This document shows positions 48,220 to 59,588 of a DNA stretch of 64,000 nucleotides, one piece after another (positions within the stretch are counted from its first letter, which is position 1; the number at the start of each line of letters is the position of its first letter). Source of the stretch: an uncultured bacterium (lineage in GTDB: Bacteria > Omnitrophota > Gorgyraeia > Ghiorseimicrobiales > Ghiorseimicrobiaceae); assembly GCA_913009335.1 (NCBI GenBank), contig CAJVXN010000001.1, forward strand, positions 2,844 through 66,843. Direction: 5' to 3'. Both the position numbers and the translations under genes were made by a program. Below the pieces are notes generated by a model, which searched no databases, was not told the DNA's origin, and saw only the letters and a program-made list of their open reading frames with translations.

Positions 48220-49512
48220 TCAAGTGTTACTAATTTCCTCATCGAGGTTAAATTTACTTATCGTTTCTTTAAACGTCTCTGACATTTTTTTCAATTGAAG
48301 ACAACTACCCGCTATCTGTTTAGCTGCTACAACAAACTGCTTAGTGACCGTATCCATATTTCTCATTGCCTCAGCTACCTGGCTTGAAGCGCTTTTTTGC
48401 TGCTGGGTAGCCAGAGAGATTTCTTTAGACATCTTGGCCGTATCATCTACCATGGTCAACCCCTCAGATACACCTCGCGTGGAATCTTCTATACCCATAA
48501 CAACGCTATTAGTCTCTGCTTGAATTTCACCGATTAACTGCCTTATCTCTTCAGTCGACTCAATAGAACGCTCAGCTAGTTTTCTCACCTCATTGGCAAC
48601 AACTGCAAAACCCCTACCGGCTTCGCCTGCGCGGGCAGCTTCAATAGCAGCGTTTAGAGCGAGAAGATTTGTCTGGCCCGACAAATCATCAATCATTGTT
48701 GTGATTTTTCCTATAGCGTATGATTTCTCACCTAGAGAAAGGATTTTCTTTGCCGCCTCGGAAACCTTAGTATTTGCCTCTTTCATTTCAAGAAGTGTTC
48801 TTTCCGCAGCTCGGGTTACATTATAAGCATTTTCCGCAATACTTGATGCGGTACGAGAAAGCTCTTCCATAGTACTACTGGTCTCTGTCACAGCAGACGA
48901 TTGCTCAGCTAACCCTACACTCTGCTGCTCTGTGGATGATCTAATCTGTGAAGCTTCTTTGTTTAACTCTAACCCTGCATCGCGAACCTGTTTAATTAAT
49001 TGACGTAAATTTCTAATCATTCGGTTAAAAGATTCTGCGAGAGGCTGCAAAACAGGAACAACTTGCGTATCTACCTGACGCGTTAAATCATTATTACTAG
49101 AGGCTGCTACCGCGGTCTCTATAAGTTTACTGATACCGCCTTCTAACTCTTTTTTTTCCTTAACCGCAGCGCCTTCTTCCATTCTCTTATCAATTATCAT
49201 TTCATGCATAACATTAACTGTATCATTAAAGCTAACCGCGAATTTTCCGAATTCATCATTAGTTTTAATATCTAGAACAAGATCATAATTCCCCATACTT
49301 AATCCTCGGGATGTCGTCAATATAACACTTAGCGGCAACACCACCTTTTTAATCATGCGCCAAGCTATGAAAATAAATAAACACACTATGAGTAATTGCG
49401 CGATCAGTTTTATGCTTATATGGATAGCTAAGAATCCTATACCTAAAACTCCCATAACACTCATAATAACACTACCAGCAGTTATTAGGATTAATTTATA
49501 TTTTAGCGACAT
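48220..49512 (-). CDS. Methyl-accepting chemotaxis protein (2 TM, no periplasmic domain, two HAMP-like regions)
   Basis: [27 protein letters not shown] motif. Confidence 0.93.
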   Translation of the reverse strand: MSLKYKLILITAGSVIMSVMGVLGIGFLAIHISIKLIAQLLIVCLFIFIAWRMIKKVVLPLSVILTTSRGLSMGNYDLVLDIKTNDEFGKFAVSFNDTVNVMHEMIIDKRMEEGAAVKEKKELEGGISKLIETAVAASSNNDLTRQVDTQVVPVLQPLAESFNRMIRNLRQLIKQVRDAGLELNKEASQIRSSTEQQSVGLAEQSSAVTETSSTMEELSRTASSIAENAYNVTRAAERTLLEMKEANTKVSEAAKKILSLGEKSYAIGKITTMIDDLSGQTNLLALNAAIEAARAGEAGRGFAVVANEVRKLAERSIESTEEIRQLIGEIQAETNSVVMGIEDSTRGVSEGLTMVDDTAKMSKEISLATQQQKSASSQVAEAMRNMDTVTKQFVVAAKQIAGSCLQLKKMSETFKETISKFNLDEEISNT

Positions 49513-49564
49513 CTTTAAACCCCCGTTTAATATAAACCTTTTTTTTATTTAAATACTATATTTT

Positions 49565-51868
49565 TTATCCTATCAACCCTTGGATGGTATCAATAAGGTT
49601 TGACTGGTCAAACGCAGTCTTAACAATATAAGCCTGAGCCCCCACCTCTATTCCGCGCCTTTTATCTTCTTCTTTTGCCAACGCGGTAACAAATATTATA
49701 GGGATTCCCTCATAGCGTTCATTTTGCTTAAATGTCTTACAAAATTCAAAACCATCCATTCGAGGCATCTGAACATCACAAACTATTAAATCGTATTTTG
49801 CCTGCGCTAATTTATCCAAACCTTCTAATCCGTCTATAGCCGTATCTACTAAATACCCCTGAACCTCCAAAATACTGCGCTCAAGCTCCCGAGTTGTTAA
49901 AGAATCCTCAACAACCAATATTCTCTTCTTGGTTTTTCCTTTTACGCTCGGTACTCTTTCCTGCGCAGGCGCGGCAGTAGATAAACGACTGGATATTATT
50001 AAATCCGCAACATCTAAAATAACCACTACCTCCCCCGTGCCCAACACTGTTGCTCCGGAAACATTTCTCACCTTCCCTAAATGAACACCTAGATTCTTGA
50101 TAAAAACTTCCTGCTCCCCTATCACACCATCTACGATAAACCCAACTCTTTTATCTAAAGATTTAACTATAATCACGGATAATGTTTTACTTTGTTTAGC
50201 GTTTTTTTCCTCAACAATAGGCGCAATTCCCAAGATATCCCCTAGACGCGATAATGAAACTGCATGATCTCTTACTTGAGTTACCAATTTATTCTCTACC
50301 GTTGAAATACTATCTGCCTTAATCTCTAGGGCCTCTTCTATTGAAAGCATAGGTACTGCGCATATTTGATTGCTCACGTTAATCAGAAGCACATCAATTA
50401 TCGCGATAGTAAGCGGAAGTTCTAAGATCATTAAAACTCCCTTGCCTTTTTCTGACTCAATATGAACCTTCCCTTTTAACTTATCTATCTGATTTTTAAC
50501 TACATCTAATCCTATGCCTCTTCCGGAAATATCCGTAATAATAGGAGAAGTAGAAAACCCGCTCTTAAAAATAAAAGCGTATATTTGCTCATCATTCATG
50601 GCGCTGAGTTCTATCTCTGAACACAAATTCTTTTTAATAATTATCTGCTTAATTTTATCCAAATCCAACCCTTTACCGTCATCGTATATACGAATAACTA
50701 CCTGCCCTCCCTCCTGCGAAGCAGAAAGTTCTATAGTTCCTTCTTCATTTTTACCAAGCTTACGCCTTGCAAGAGATGTCTCAATACCATGGTCAACACA
50801 ATTACGTAAGATATGAACAAGCGGAGATTTTATACCTTCAAGCACTTTTTTATCTAATTCAGTTTCTTCACCCTTAATCACCAAATTAACCTTTTTCGCC
50901 TGCTCATACGCGATATCACGGACTAGACGCGGGAATTCATCAAAGATACTAGAACAGGGAAGCATCCGCATTTCTTTCATCCGTTCCTGCAATTCATCAA
51001 CTACCGGATCAGTGTGTATGGCTTCATTGGAAATATTTTCAAAAATATCCAGCATTTCCTCTTTTATCTTCTCAGCATCAACGTTACACTGATGCAGCGC
51101 CTCCAAAGCATAATCAAAGCTTGCGCTTTCACAAAAATCATCGTTATTTTTAAACTCTTCGGAAAATGCAGCCAATCTTCTCTGGAAATTTTTTGTCAGC
51201 TTATTAATTTTTTTCAGGGTAATTATTTTTTGAGATGCTTTAATTTTATTTATCACCATCTCCCCTAATAAATTAAGCAACTTATTTATACGAGACAAAG
51301 GCACACGTATATATTCCTCTGAAGGAGATGTAAAAAATTCTGAATCGCTAGCTGTTATAGCAACTGCGGATTCTACCTGAGGAGGGGGGATAGATTCAGC
51401 AGGAGAAGCAGCATTCTCTTCTTTTTTCTTAGCTTTTCGGGAAGATTTTTTAGATTTTTTTTCCGGAATACTTACATCTTGCGGCAAGCACAATTCTAAA
51501 TTACTACATATAGAGGAAACGTCAATAGTTACTTTTTTATTTCCGGCAATACTACTTACAGTACTCTTTATAGAATCTAAAGCCTCAAAGATGATACTTG
51601 CTATTTTGGGAACAAATTTTAAACGCTTATCCGTTACCGCGCTAAAGATATCTTCTATGCGATGAGATATTTCCTGTATCTCAAAAAAACCCATCATTCG
51701 AGCGACACCCTTTAACGTATGGGCCGTACGGAATAAATCCTTAATCAAATCAAAATCATCAGGTTTCTTCTCCAGGCGGACTAAGCCCTTGCTTAATTTA
51801 TTCAGGTGCTCATCAACCTCTGCTTTAAATGTAGCAAAAAATTCTGAACGATTAAAATTACCGGCCAT
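49565..51868 (-). CDS. cheA: CheA-REC hybrid kinase (WspE/FrzE-like)
   Basis: AHTLKG, RNCVDHG and SGRGIGLD motifs; CheW domain and C-terminal receiver. Confidence 0.94.
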   Translation of the reverse strand: MAGNFNRSEFFATFKAEVDEHLNKLSKGLVRLEKKPDDFDLIKDLFRTAHTLKGVARMMGFFEIQEISHRIEDIFSAVTDKRLKFVPKIASIIFEALDSIKSTVSSIAGNKKVTIDVSSICSNLELCLPQDVSIPEKKSKKSSRKAKKKEENAASPAESIPPPQVESAVAITASDSEFFTSPSEEYIRVPLSRINKLLNLLGEMVINKIKASQKIITLKKINKLTKNFQRRLAAFSEEFKNNDDFCESASFDYALEALHQCNVDAEKIKEEMLDIFENISNEAIHTDPVVDELQERMKEMRMLPCSSIFDEFPRLVRDIAYEQAKKVNLVIKGEETELDKKVLEGIKSPLVHILRNCVDHGIETSLARRKLGKNEEGTIELSASQEGGQVVIRIYDDGKGLDLDKIKQIIIKKNLCSEIELSAMNDEQIYAFIFKSGFSTSPIITDISGRGIGLDVVKNQIDKLKGKVHIESEKGKGVLMILELPLTIAIIDVLLINVSNQICAVPMLSIEEALEIKADSISTVENKLVTQVRDHAVSLSRLGDILGIAPIVEEKNAKQSKTLSVIIVKSLDKRVGFIVDGVIGEQEVFIKNLGVHLGKVRNVSGATVLGTGEVVVILDVADLIISSRLSTAAPAQERVPSVKGKTKKRILVVEDSLTTRELERSILEVQGYLVDTAIDGLEGLDKLAQAKYDLIVCDVQMPRMDGFEFCKTFKQNERYEGIPIIFVTALAKEEDKRRGIEVGAQAYIVKTAFDQSNLIDTIQGLIG

Positions 51869-51877
51869 CTTTTTAGA

Positions 51878-53029
51878 TTACTCCCTATCGCCCATATCTT
51901 CTTTAAATTTATTTACAGATTTTTTAAGATCAACAGCTAATTCATTTAACTTTTGCGCACTGGAAACAGACTGCTTGGCTGACACAGCAAATTGCTTTGT
52001 TACTGTATCGACATTTCTCATTGCCTCCGCTACCTGACTTGAAGCGCTTTTTTGCTGCTGGGTAGCTAAGGAGATTTCTTTAGACATTTTAGCTGTATCC
52101 CCTACCATACTTAACCCCTCGGATACACCTCTGGTAGACTCCTCTATCCCCATAACAACACTATTTGTACCTGCCTGGATTTCATTGATTACCTGTCTAA
52201 TCTCCTCAGTCGATTCGACGGAACGTTCTGCCAACTTACGTATCTCACTTGCTACTACGGCAAAACCCCTGCCGGCTTCACCCGCGCGGGCAGCTTCAAT
52301 AGCAGCGTTTAAGGCAAGAAGATTTGTCTGGCTGGATAAATCATCAATCATTGCGCTAATTTTTCCTACAGTCTGCGATTTCTCCCCCAAAGCAAGAATC
52401 TTTTTAGCAGCATCAGTAACTTTATTATTTGCCTCTTTCATCTCAAGAAGTGTTCTTTCCGCGGACCTGGTTACATTATAAGCATTTTCCGCAATACTTG
52501 ATGCCGTGCGGGAAAGTTCTTCCATAGTAGTTGAGGTCTCCGTAACGGCTGAAGACTGCTCCGCAGCTCCGGAAGCCTGATCTTCTGTTGTAGCCATTAT
52601 CTGAGCAGCGCAAGAAGTAATCTCCAGGCTTGCCTGACGAATCTGATGCATTAGCTCCTTAACAATAGACATACGCTTAACTGCTGCTCCTTCTTCCATC
52701 CTCTTTTCAATAAGCATTTCATGGATAACCTCAATTGCCTGATTAAAACTTTTAGCAAATTTACCAAACTCATCATTGCCCTTTATATCCAAAACAAGAT
52801 CATAATTACCGTAACTAATACCCTTAGCCACAATTATCAAGGTATCCAAAGGAGCAAGCAATTTAGCAATAACGAATCCACTGATAATCAGCGAGACAGC
52901 CACAAATAATACCACATAAAGCAATTTTTGCAGAGGGCCCAACCCTAAAGAGCTAAGCCAGGATATGCCAAATACCAGTAAGATTACAAAAACCCCTACC
53001 AGTAAAAGCAATTTATACTTTACCTTCAT
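51878..53029 (-). CDS. Methyl-accepting chemotaxis protein, close paralog of 48220-49512
   Basis: MCP tip motif; shares [20 protein letters not shown] and [10 protein letters not shown] with the paralog. Confidence 0.93.
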   Translation of the reverse strand: MKVKYKLLLLVGVFVILLVFGISWLSSLGLGPLQKLLYVVLFVAVSLIISGFVIAKLLAPLDTLIIVAKGISYGNYDLVLDIKGNDEFGKFAKSFNQAIEVIHEMLIEKRMEEGAAVKRMSIVKELMHQIRQASLEITSCAAQIMATTEDQASGAAEQSSAVTETSTTMEELSRTASSIAENAYNVTRSAERTLLEMKEANNKVTDAAKKILALGEKSQTVGKISAMIDDLSSQTNLLALNAAIEAARAGEAGRGFAVVASEIRKLAERSVESTEEIRQVINEIQAGTNSVVMGIEESTRGVSEGLSMVGDTAKMSKEISLATQQQKSASSQVAEAMRNVDTVTKQFAVSAKQSVSSAQKLNELAVDLKKSVNKFKEDMGDRE

Positions 53030-53202
53030 TTATCCCTCCCTTTATCAGTATATAGCTTATATAAACACACACAAAATAAATAAGCAGATACGCACACTTC
53101 ACCTCTCTAAGATAAACTATTTTTTATCTACTTATTTTATTAGAGCACTTTATGATGTAATAAAATTAGGCTGTCCCGTTATTATTTTACAACAAATATA
53201 TT

Positions 53203-53463
53203 TTACTGAGTAATTTTTATATCTTCGCCCTTGCCGTGATCTTTGTAAACTTTACAAATCTTACAAACACTGACGTCTACTCCGCTTTCACCCTTACAAA
53301 TCGTACCTTTAATAACCCAGCAAGGATACTCTTGTTTTTTATACGCGGGACAACTCGGCGCACCTCCGGGTTTAACCTCACAGCCTCTTACTTCCCAACA
53401 AGCAGTTTTATCAGTCCAAAAACCCTTTCCTTTTGATAAAGCCATTTTCATTCCTCCTTTCAA
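53203..53463 (-). CDS. Small Cys-rich 'two-CW' domain protein
   Basis: CWEVRGC...CPAY...CWVIKGTIC...CKIC pattern; the true start may be the third Met (MALSK). Confidence 0.72.
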   Translation of the reverse strand: MKGGMKMALSKGKGFWTDKTACWEVRGCEVKPGGAPSCPAYKKQEYPCWVIKGTICKGESGVDVSVCKICKVYKDHGKGEDIKITQ

Positions 53464-53522
53464 TAGTCTCCTGTATTTTAATCACACCTAAAAGATACAT
53501 ACCAGGAGAATTACACGTTTCA

Positions 53523-54107
53523 TCATTTAAACGCAAGTATTTTTTCCACATTCAGAATCGCAAAGAAAATATTTTTCAACTTACAAACCCCTACGATATA
53601 TTCCGCCCTCGAGGGATCCAAAGTCTCCAGCGGCGGGTCAATCTTACTTAGCTCAATCTCCATGGCCTTAGGAGTTCTATCTACTACAATAGTTGTTTCA
53701 AATTCTCCTGCCTGAATAACTAAAATATGGCTTTCCTTTGTCGTTGGAACGGGGCTAAGCCCAAGTAATTTTCTTAAATCTGTAACCGAAACAATATTTC
53801 CCCGTAAATTTACTATTCCGGCAATATGCAGTGGCGCGCACGGTAAATAAGTAATAGTCGAAAGTGCAGACACATCCTTTATTTTTGAAATTTCAACCCC
53901 GTACCACTCATTACCTAAAACAAAACTAATAAATTGCAGTTTGGACTTCTTAGGCTTGCCCCCTTCTTCGTAAAGATCAGGGATTAATTCTACGCCGGCC
54001 TCAAGTACCTGCTTTTTTTTTATTTGCTTCTTTGACTGTTTAGACATAATAACGTAATATAAAATTATTACTACTGTTAAAATACCACAAAAAATATATA
54101 AAGGCAA
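53523..54107 (-). CDS. cheW: CheW adaptor, with a possible N-terminal TM segment or a later start at MSKQ
   Basis: P.AP.HIAGIVNLRG and VVD motifs. Confidence 0.88.
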   Translation of the reverse strand: MPLYIFCGILTVVIILYYVIMSKQSKKQIKKKQVLEAGVELIPDLYEEGGKPKKSKLQFISFVLGNEWYGVEISKIKDVSALSTITYLPCAPLHIAGIVNLRGNIVSVTDLRKLLGLSPVPTTKESHILVIQAGEFETTIVVDRTPKAMEIELSKIDPPLETLDPSRAEYIVGVCKLKNIFFAILNVEKILAFK

Positions 54108-54112
54108 TATTT

Positions 54113-54988
54113 TTATAACCTTTCCGGCTCCATATGGATAATTACATCCGTTACACCGAAAATATTCTTTTTTATTTGTCCTTCTATTTCGTAGCTTATT
54201 TTATGAGCATATTTCATATGCATATCAGGCCTTACCTCAACATGCAGATCCACATGCACATCATCGCATCTGCCGCGTGTTCTAATTTTATGAACACTTG
54301 ATACTCCCTCAATGCCTAAAACCAATTTTTCAATCCGCTCAGCATCTACAGGAGCAGTATCACAAAGAACAGATGAGCTTTCTTTTAAGATTTCAAATCC
54401 GGTATAAATAATAAATATAGCAATAATAATAGCAGCTATTGGGTCAAGTAAAGGCCAACCGAATTTGACAGCAACCAAAGCAAAAATTACTGAAATTGAA
54501 GTAAATATATCTGCCCGCGTATGCATAGAATCCGCTATCAAAATATCACTGTTTAGCTTTTTCCCTGCGCGATATTCGTATAACATAACAGCAAGATTAA
54601 TTATCAAAGTAGACAGCATTACAACAAAACTTAAAATAGTCACATTAGGCGACGCATCCTGGCTAAAACGCATAACACTGGAATAAACTATTCGAATAGA
54701 AACAAGAAATAATAAAAACGCAATACCTAAAGAGGCAAATGTTTCATATTTTTTGCGGCCATAAGGATGAGTCTCATCCCTTGGACGGGAGGCGAGCCAT
54801 ATGCCGAACAAACCGATAATGTTTGATGCCCCGTCGGCAAATGAATGATAGCCGTCGGCAACCATAGCATTGCTCATTATGATATATCCGCAGACAAGCT
54901 TAGCAAAAGATACCAACCAGTTTAAGCCTAATATATAAACAAGTATAGCTCTTATACGCTGCGTTCTATGTTGTTCTTTTGGATCCAT
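54113..54988 (-). CDS. Cation diffusion facilitator (FieF-like)
   Basis: ADGYHSFAD, HPYG..KYE, ADSMH..AD and IHMEP motifs. Confidence 0.92.
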   Translation of the reverse strand: MDPKEQHRTQRIRAILVYILGLNWLVSFAKLVCGYIIMSNAMVADGYHSFADGASNIIGLFGIWLASRPRDETHPYGRKKYETFASLGIAFLLFLVSIRIVYSSVMRFSQDASPNVTILSFVVMLSTLIINLAVMLYEYRAGKKLNSDILIADSMHTRADIFTSISVIFALVAVKFGWPLLDPIAAIIIAIFIIYTGFEILKESSSVLCDTAPVDAERIEKLVLGIEGVSSVHKIRTRGRCDDVHVDLHVEVRPDMHMKYAHKISYEIEGQIKKNIFGVTDVIIHMEPERL

Positions 54989-55334
54989 ATTTACTTATTA
55001 GATTATCTATTTCCTTAAGAGGGAAAGGTTTCCTTAAAAATACATCTATGCCGGCTATCTTAGCAAAATCTTCTTTAATACCACTATAACCGGAGACCAT
55101 AATCAATACGGCCTGCGGATTTTCTTTTTTAATAATCCGAATTAAATCGACCCCGGAAAGACGCGGCATATCACAATCAAAAAAAATAATACCGTAATTA
55201 GCTTTTTCAAGATAATATTTAGCCTCCTCTCCGTCAAAAGCAACAGTTACCTGATATTTATTCTTTTTTTCTAAATACTTTTTTATATCAAGACAATACT
55301 GCCTATCATCATCAACAAATAAAATTTGCATCAT
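54966..55334 (-). CDS. Single-domain response regulator
   Basis: VDDD, D..MP..SG and KPF motifs. Confidence 0.87.
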   Translation of the reverse strand: MMQILFVDDDRQYCLDIKKYLEKKNKYQVTVAFDGEEAKYYLEKANYGIIFFDCDMPRLSGVDLIRIIKKENPQAVLIMVSGYSGIKEDFAKIAGIDVFLRKPFPLKEIDNLISKYGSKRTT

Positions 55335-55345
55335 CTTTATTAACT

Positions 55346-55515
55346 CCCTTGCTTAAGCATCCGCCACTGATTCAATGGCGGATAAGCTTTAGGATCCCCG
55401 AGGAAATTTTAAAATTCCCGGGACTAAGTCCTGGAAATTCAAAAGAATTTCTCAGGGAAATTCGGACAGATAAGTTATTCCTGACTATCGGTAGACATAA
55501 CTTATGTCCTCATTT
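55346..55515. repeat. Composite palindromic element sharing modules with 25013-25272
   Basis: ccgccactgattcaatggcgga is the exact reverse complement of 25021-25042; a cccgggactaagtcct module; a - strand G-A arm at 55458-55515. Confidence 0.85.
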
Positions 55516-56296
55516 ATTTTTTTTCGCTTTTGTATAAATCAAAGGCTGCCTTTACCGAAAGCTTATTGTGAACAATTTCCCTTACTGCCTTTATCATTCC
55601 TTGCGGACAATCAGACTGAAATATATTACGGCCCATATCCACGCCTATGGCCCCTTCATTAACCGCATTATAAGCTAACTCCAACGCTTTCTTCTCTTCA
55701 ATCTTCTTACCTCCGGCAATAACAATAGGGACGGGGCAATTTTTAACTATTCTGTTGAAATTATCGCAATAATATGTCTTAACAATATGTGCCCCTAATT
55801 CTGCGGCAATACGACAACACAACCCCAGATAACGTACGTCGCGAGCCATCTCTTTTCCTACAGCCGTAACCGCTAAAACAGGAATGCCATACTTTTCTCC
55901 CGCATCGACAAGCCTGGACAGGCTTGTTAAAGTTTCTTTTTCATAATCTGAGCCTACAAATATAGAAAGTGCTACAGCTGAAACATTCAGCTTGATAGCA
56001 TCTTCCATAGAAACCGTTATATTCTCATTGGCCAGGGATTTTCCCACTATACTTGTACCTCCGGAAACGCGTAGTACAATAGGAATATCGCTCTTCGGCG
56101 CGACAGAAGTCCTTAAGACACCCCTAGTAAGCATTAATGAATCAGCGTAAGGAAGAATAGGCTCAATGGTCTTTGCCGGATCCTCCAAACCAGAAGTAGG
56201 ACCTAAAAAATAACCATGATCCACTGCCAGCATTACCGTACGATTTGTATCCGGTTTAATTATTCTACTGATTCGATTTTCCATTCCCCAATCCAT
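55514..56296 (-). CDS. lsrF: LsrF/DhnA-family class I aldolase-type enzyme
   Basis: MDWGMENR, AVDHGYFLGPTSGL, AELGA..VKTYY and GVDMGRNIFQ motifs. Confidence 0.85.
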   Translation of the reverse strand: MDWGMENRISRIIKPDTNRTVMLAVDHGYFLGPTSGLEDPAKTIEPILPYADSLMLTRGVLRTSVAPKSDIPIVLRVSGGTSIVGKSLANENITVSMEDAIKLNVSAVALSIFVGSDYEKETLTSLSRLVDAGEKYGIPVLAVTAVGKEMARDVRYLGLCCRIAAELGAHIVKTYYCDNFNRIVKNCPVPIVIAGGKKIEEKKALELAYNAVNEGAIGVDMGRNIFQSDCPQGMIKAVREIVHNKLSVKAAFDLYKSEKK

Positions 56297-56352
56297 GTCT
56301 TTCTCCCTTCGGTCGAAAAGTTTACTGTTGACTGTTTACAGTAAACTATTTT

Positions 56353-57381
56353 TTACTCTTGTGGTTTAATTATTATTTTTACTGATTCTTTCGCCTGACT
56401 CACTAATTCAAACCCCAAACCCGTATCTTTAAGAGGCAGGCGGTGTGTAATCATCTTATCCAAATTAAGCTTTCCCTGTTTTATTAAATCTAGCGCATCA
56501 ATATGATCCTGCGGGCTGCCCGCATAAGAAGATACCAGCTTTCTTTCATGCCGCCAAAAAAGCTTGTTTACAGAAAAAGGTATAATTTTATCTTTATCCG
56601 TAGGAGCAAAAAAGATAATAGTTCCTGCCCTATCTACAGAATCAAACGCCTGGCTAATCGCAGATGGATTACCAGTACATAATATCACAACATCAGCAAG
56701 CCTGCCATGATTAACCTGACATAATGCATCAGGCGCATAGTCAGAAGCATTAATTACAAAATCAGCCCCCAGCTCTTTTGCTTTCGCAAGACGCCAATTC
56801 GATAAATCCGTGGCAAAAACGCAACCTGCGCTGTTTATTTTTGCCAAATGAATATGCAGCAGTCCCGCAATACCACTACCGATGACTAAAATGGTTTGCC
56901 TAGATTTTATACCGGCTACTTTATGCGCCCGTAATACACAAGCAAGCGGCTCAACAAAAGTCGCATCATCAAAAGAAACCTCATCCGGCAAAATAAAAGT
57001 GCCGTTTCTTACATTTACCCCTGGCAGCCTTACGTACTCAGAAAATCCTCCGGGATCAAAATTAGTCTTACGCAATGTATCGCATACCGTATGATATCCA
57101 TTCTTACAATAATAACAGTTATTACACGGTACGTGATGCGCGGCAACCACCCTATCCCCGAGACTAAACCCTCTAACTTCACTCCCCTTCTCAACAACGC
57201 TAGCAGAAATTTCATGCCCCAGGACTAAAGGAACACGATTTAATCTATACCACTGCATTACATCACTACCGCATATACCGGATGACTCAACACGCAAAAG
57301 AAGCTCATCCTTGCCTATTTTAGGCAAAGGCTGCTCTTTGAGACGTAAATCAGAATTACTATAATACATTATAATACGCAT
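56353..57381 (-). CDS. Zn-dependent (MDR) sugar-alcohol dehydrogenase
   Basis: GICGSD, GHE, C..C..C...C and GSGIAG motifs. Confidence 0.9.
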   Translation of the reverse strand: MRIIMYYSNSDLRLKEQPLPKIGKDELLLRVESSGICGSDVMQWYRLNRVPLVLGHEISASVVEKGSEVRGFSLGDRVVAAHHVPCNNCYYCKNGYHTVCDTLRKTNFDPGGFSEYVRLPGVNVRNGTFILPDEVSFDDATFVEPLACVLRAHKVAGIKSRQTILVIGSGIAGLLHIHLAKINSAGCVFATDLSNWRLAKAKELGADFVINASDYAPDALCQVNHGRLADVVILCTGNPSAISQAFDSVDRAGTIIFFAPTDKDKIIPFSVNKLFWRHERKLVSSYAGSPQDHIDALDLIKQGKLNLDKMITHRLPLKDTGLGFELVSQAKESVKIIIKPQE

Positions 57382-57396
57382 AACTAACTTTAAATT

Positions 57397-57930
57397 TTAA
57401 TAATTTTTTGAAGAAAGCTTATTATTTAAAACCTTGATTAACAAATCTCTTTCTTCCCTATCCAGCTTGACGGTTGCCTGATTAAAATGGTCAACGCGCT
57501 CCTTCTGTTCAAGGAAAAATATTATATCGGGAATCAATCTAAGGCCATCCTGAAGAATCGCCCGTAACTTCGAACAAGTCGGCAAATCCGGCTGGGGATC
57601 ATTAATTCTAATAATTTCATTCCTCAACCGCTCCAATTCCTTAACCCAATCTCCAAAATTATTCTCTAACTTTGTATAATAATCGGCATCACCGACTACC
57701 CACAGTTTAATATATTCAACATCTTCACTGCTCATAGGATCATCTGTTCTGAGCTTATTTATAATCTCACTAATTCTATCTTCTGTAGTTTCTTGAATAT
57801 GCTCCCGCAAAGTCCTTTCAAACTCATCAAATACTCCGGCAATTCTTTCATAAGAACCTATATCGGGCCTCTCCTCTAATTTGCCAAAACCCTGATCAAG
57901 TTTCAGATATAAATCTTTAATCTCACTCAT
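57397..57930 (-). CDS. Hypothetical helical protein
   Basis: Open frame with an ATG at 57930 preceded by GGAGG; TTAACA-17-TATAGT promoter at 57955-57983. Confidence 0.7.
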   Translation of the reverse strand: MSEIKDLYLKLDQGFGKLEERPDIGSYERIAGVFDEFERTLREHIQETTEDRISEIINKLRTDDPMSSEDVEYIKLWVVGDADYYTKLENNFGDWVKELERLRNEIIRINDPQPDLPTCSKLRAILQDGLRLIPDIIFFLEQKERVDHFNQATVKLDREERDLLIKVLNNKLSSKNY

Positions 57931-57989
57931 GAGACCTCCTGGTATAATCCTCACACTATACTTTAGTATGAGTTCTTTGTTAATAATGT

Positions 57990-58250
57990 TAAAATAAAAG
58001 GGTAATCCTTTTTCAGTTGGGAGACAGCTTGCATTCCTCCTTAAGACTTCTTTTTAGAAGATCTTTGAATAAAGAGTGCTGCTTCCCGCGGTTGTGCCTG
58101 CGAATATTTATTTAGGATCCTAAGGGGCTCTGTTGATACAAAGCTACCTTTTATATCCCAGGCTATATTTAGGCAAAGCCTGCCGGAAAACACTCCCATA
58201 ATCTGAAAAAGAACTACTCTTAACAACTTTTTATTTATCAAAAGGAGGGC
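57990..58250 (+). ncRNA. Candidate bridge RNA in the left non-coding end of the IS110 element
   Basis: About 260-nt ORF-free, hairpin-rich region directly upstream of the IS110 recombinase, preceded by TGTTAAAAT (extended -10). Boundaries are approximate. Confidence 0.5.
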
Positions 58251-58257
58251 TGATCTT

Positions 58258-59478
58258 ATGAACTATCTTGGTATCGATATCTCAAAATCAACCGCCCGTT
58301 GTGTCATTATCAATAATGACGGCGAAAAAAGCGTAAAACCGTTTACGCTTAAAAACAACAAACACGAATTCAATGAACTTATTGAACGTTTAAAAAAACA
58401 TGATCTAAACTATGAAAATCTGCTTATCGGCATTGAAGCCACCGGTATTTGGTGGGAAAACATTTATTGTTTTCTAACTGAACAAAAATTTAAAATAGTT
58501 GTTCTTAACCCCCACCAGACAAACAAGTTTAGAGAAGCTTTGCGTAAAAAAGCAAAAACCGATGATATTGACGCTTATGTTATTGCCGGGCTTATGCGTT
58601 CAAACGAATACGCTCAAAGCTTTGTGCCTGAAGAAGCTGTTCAAATCCTAAAGGATTTTACTAAACTCAGATACAGGCTTATCAAAGATCAAAAAGACTA
58701 TCAAAGACAGGCATTAAGCTTGCTGGCTTTGGTTTTTCCTGAATATGAACAAACAAAACTAAAAAAACCTTTTGGTATTGCCGCGGCCGCGATTCTTAAA
58801 AAGTTCTCTACCGCAAAACATTTGGCTGAAGCAAAACCTAAACATATTGAGAAAATCGTTCGCTCAATCAAAGGCAATAATTTTAATATCAAGGAAATAA
58901 TACATCTTATACAAACAGCTAAAGACTCTATATATTCCGGCAGAGCTGCTTACGCTCGAGCCTTAAATCTTAATATTATGATAGAACAGGTTCAAAACAT
59001 AAATAAATCTATTGATGAACTTGATAAGGAAATCGAAAATATTCTCTCACCTAAAGATGATAATGAACCCTTTGATTTCCCAGGCGGCAATTTACTCTCT
59101 ATCCCTGGTATAGGGCTAAAAACTATTGCCTCTATTATCTCTGCTGTAGGTATTGATGGCCAATCTTTTAAAGATTCTAAAAAAATTATCGGATATATAG
59201 GATTTTATCCTAAAATCTATCAATCCGGTGAAACTTTAAAAGCAAACAAGATAGCTAAACGCGGCCCTTCATATTTACGTTCCGCTTTATACATAGCTGC
59301 TGTTGCCTGCGTTAAGCATAATGCTGAATTTAAAGCGCTATATCATAAAAAACGATCTCAAGGTAAAGCCGGTAAACAAGCTTTAATCTATGTCGCTAAA
59401 AAACTCGCGCACTTATGTTTAAGCATGCTTAAAAGCGGTGAATTGTATCAACCCCAAAGAGTTTTTATGCCTGTTTAA
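58258..59478 (+). mobile_element. IS110-family transposase/recombinase
   Basis: DEDD motifs GIDISK, IEATG and KTDDIDA; SIPGIG; YQSG catalytic Ser; the only long + strand gene in the window. Confidence 0.95.
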
Positions 59479-59588
59479 TTGTCAATGAACGTTCTTTGAA
59501 AATTTGTTATTTTTTACTTTATTCTTTATAGGATCTCTTTTTAAAAACCCGTTAAAACAATAAATATTAATTTTACAGGACCTTTAAA

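Noticed and set aside
55349-55537. 62-aa + strand ORF
   Set aside because: It lies almost entirely within a palindromic repeat element.
58041-58241. 66-aa - strand ORF upstream of the transposase
   Set aside because: It falls in the IS110 non-coding end, which is better explained as bridge RNA.
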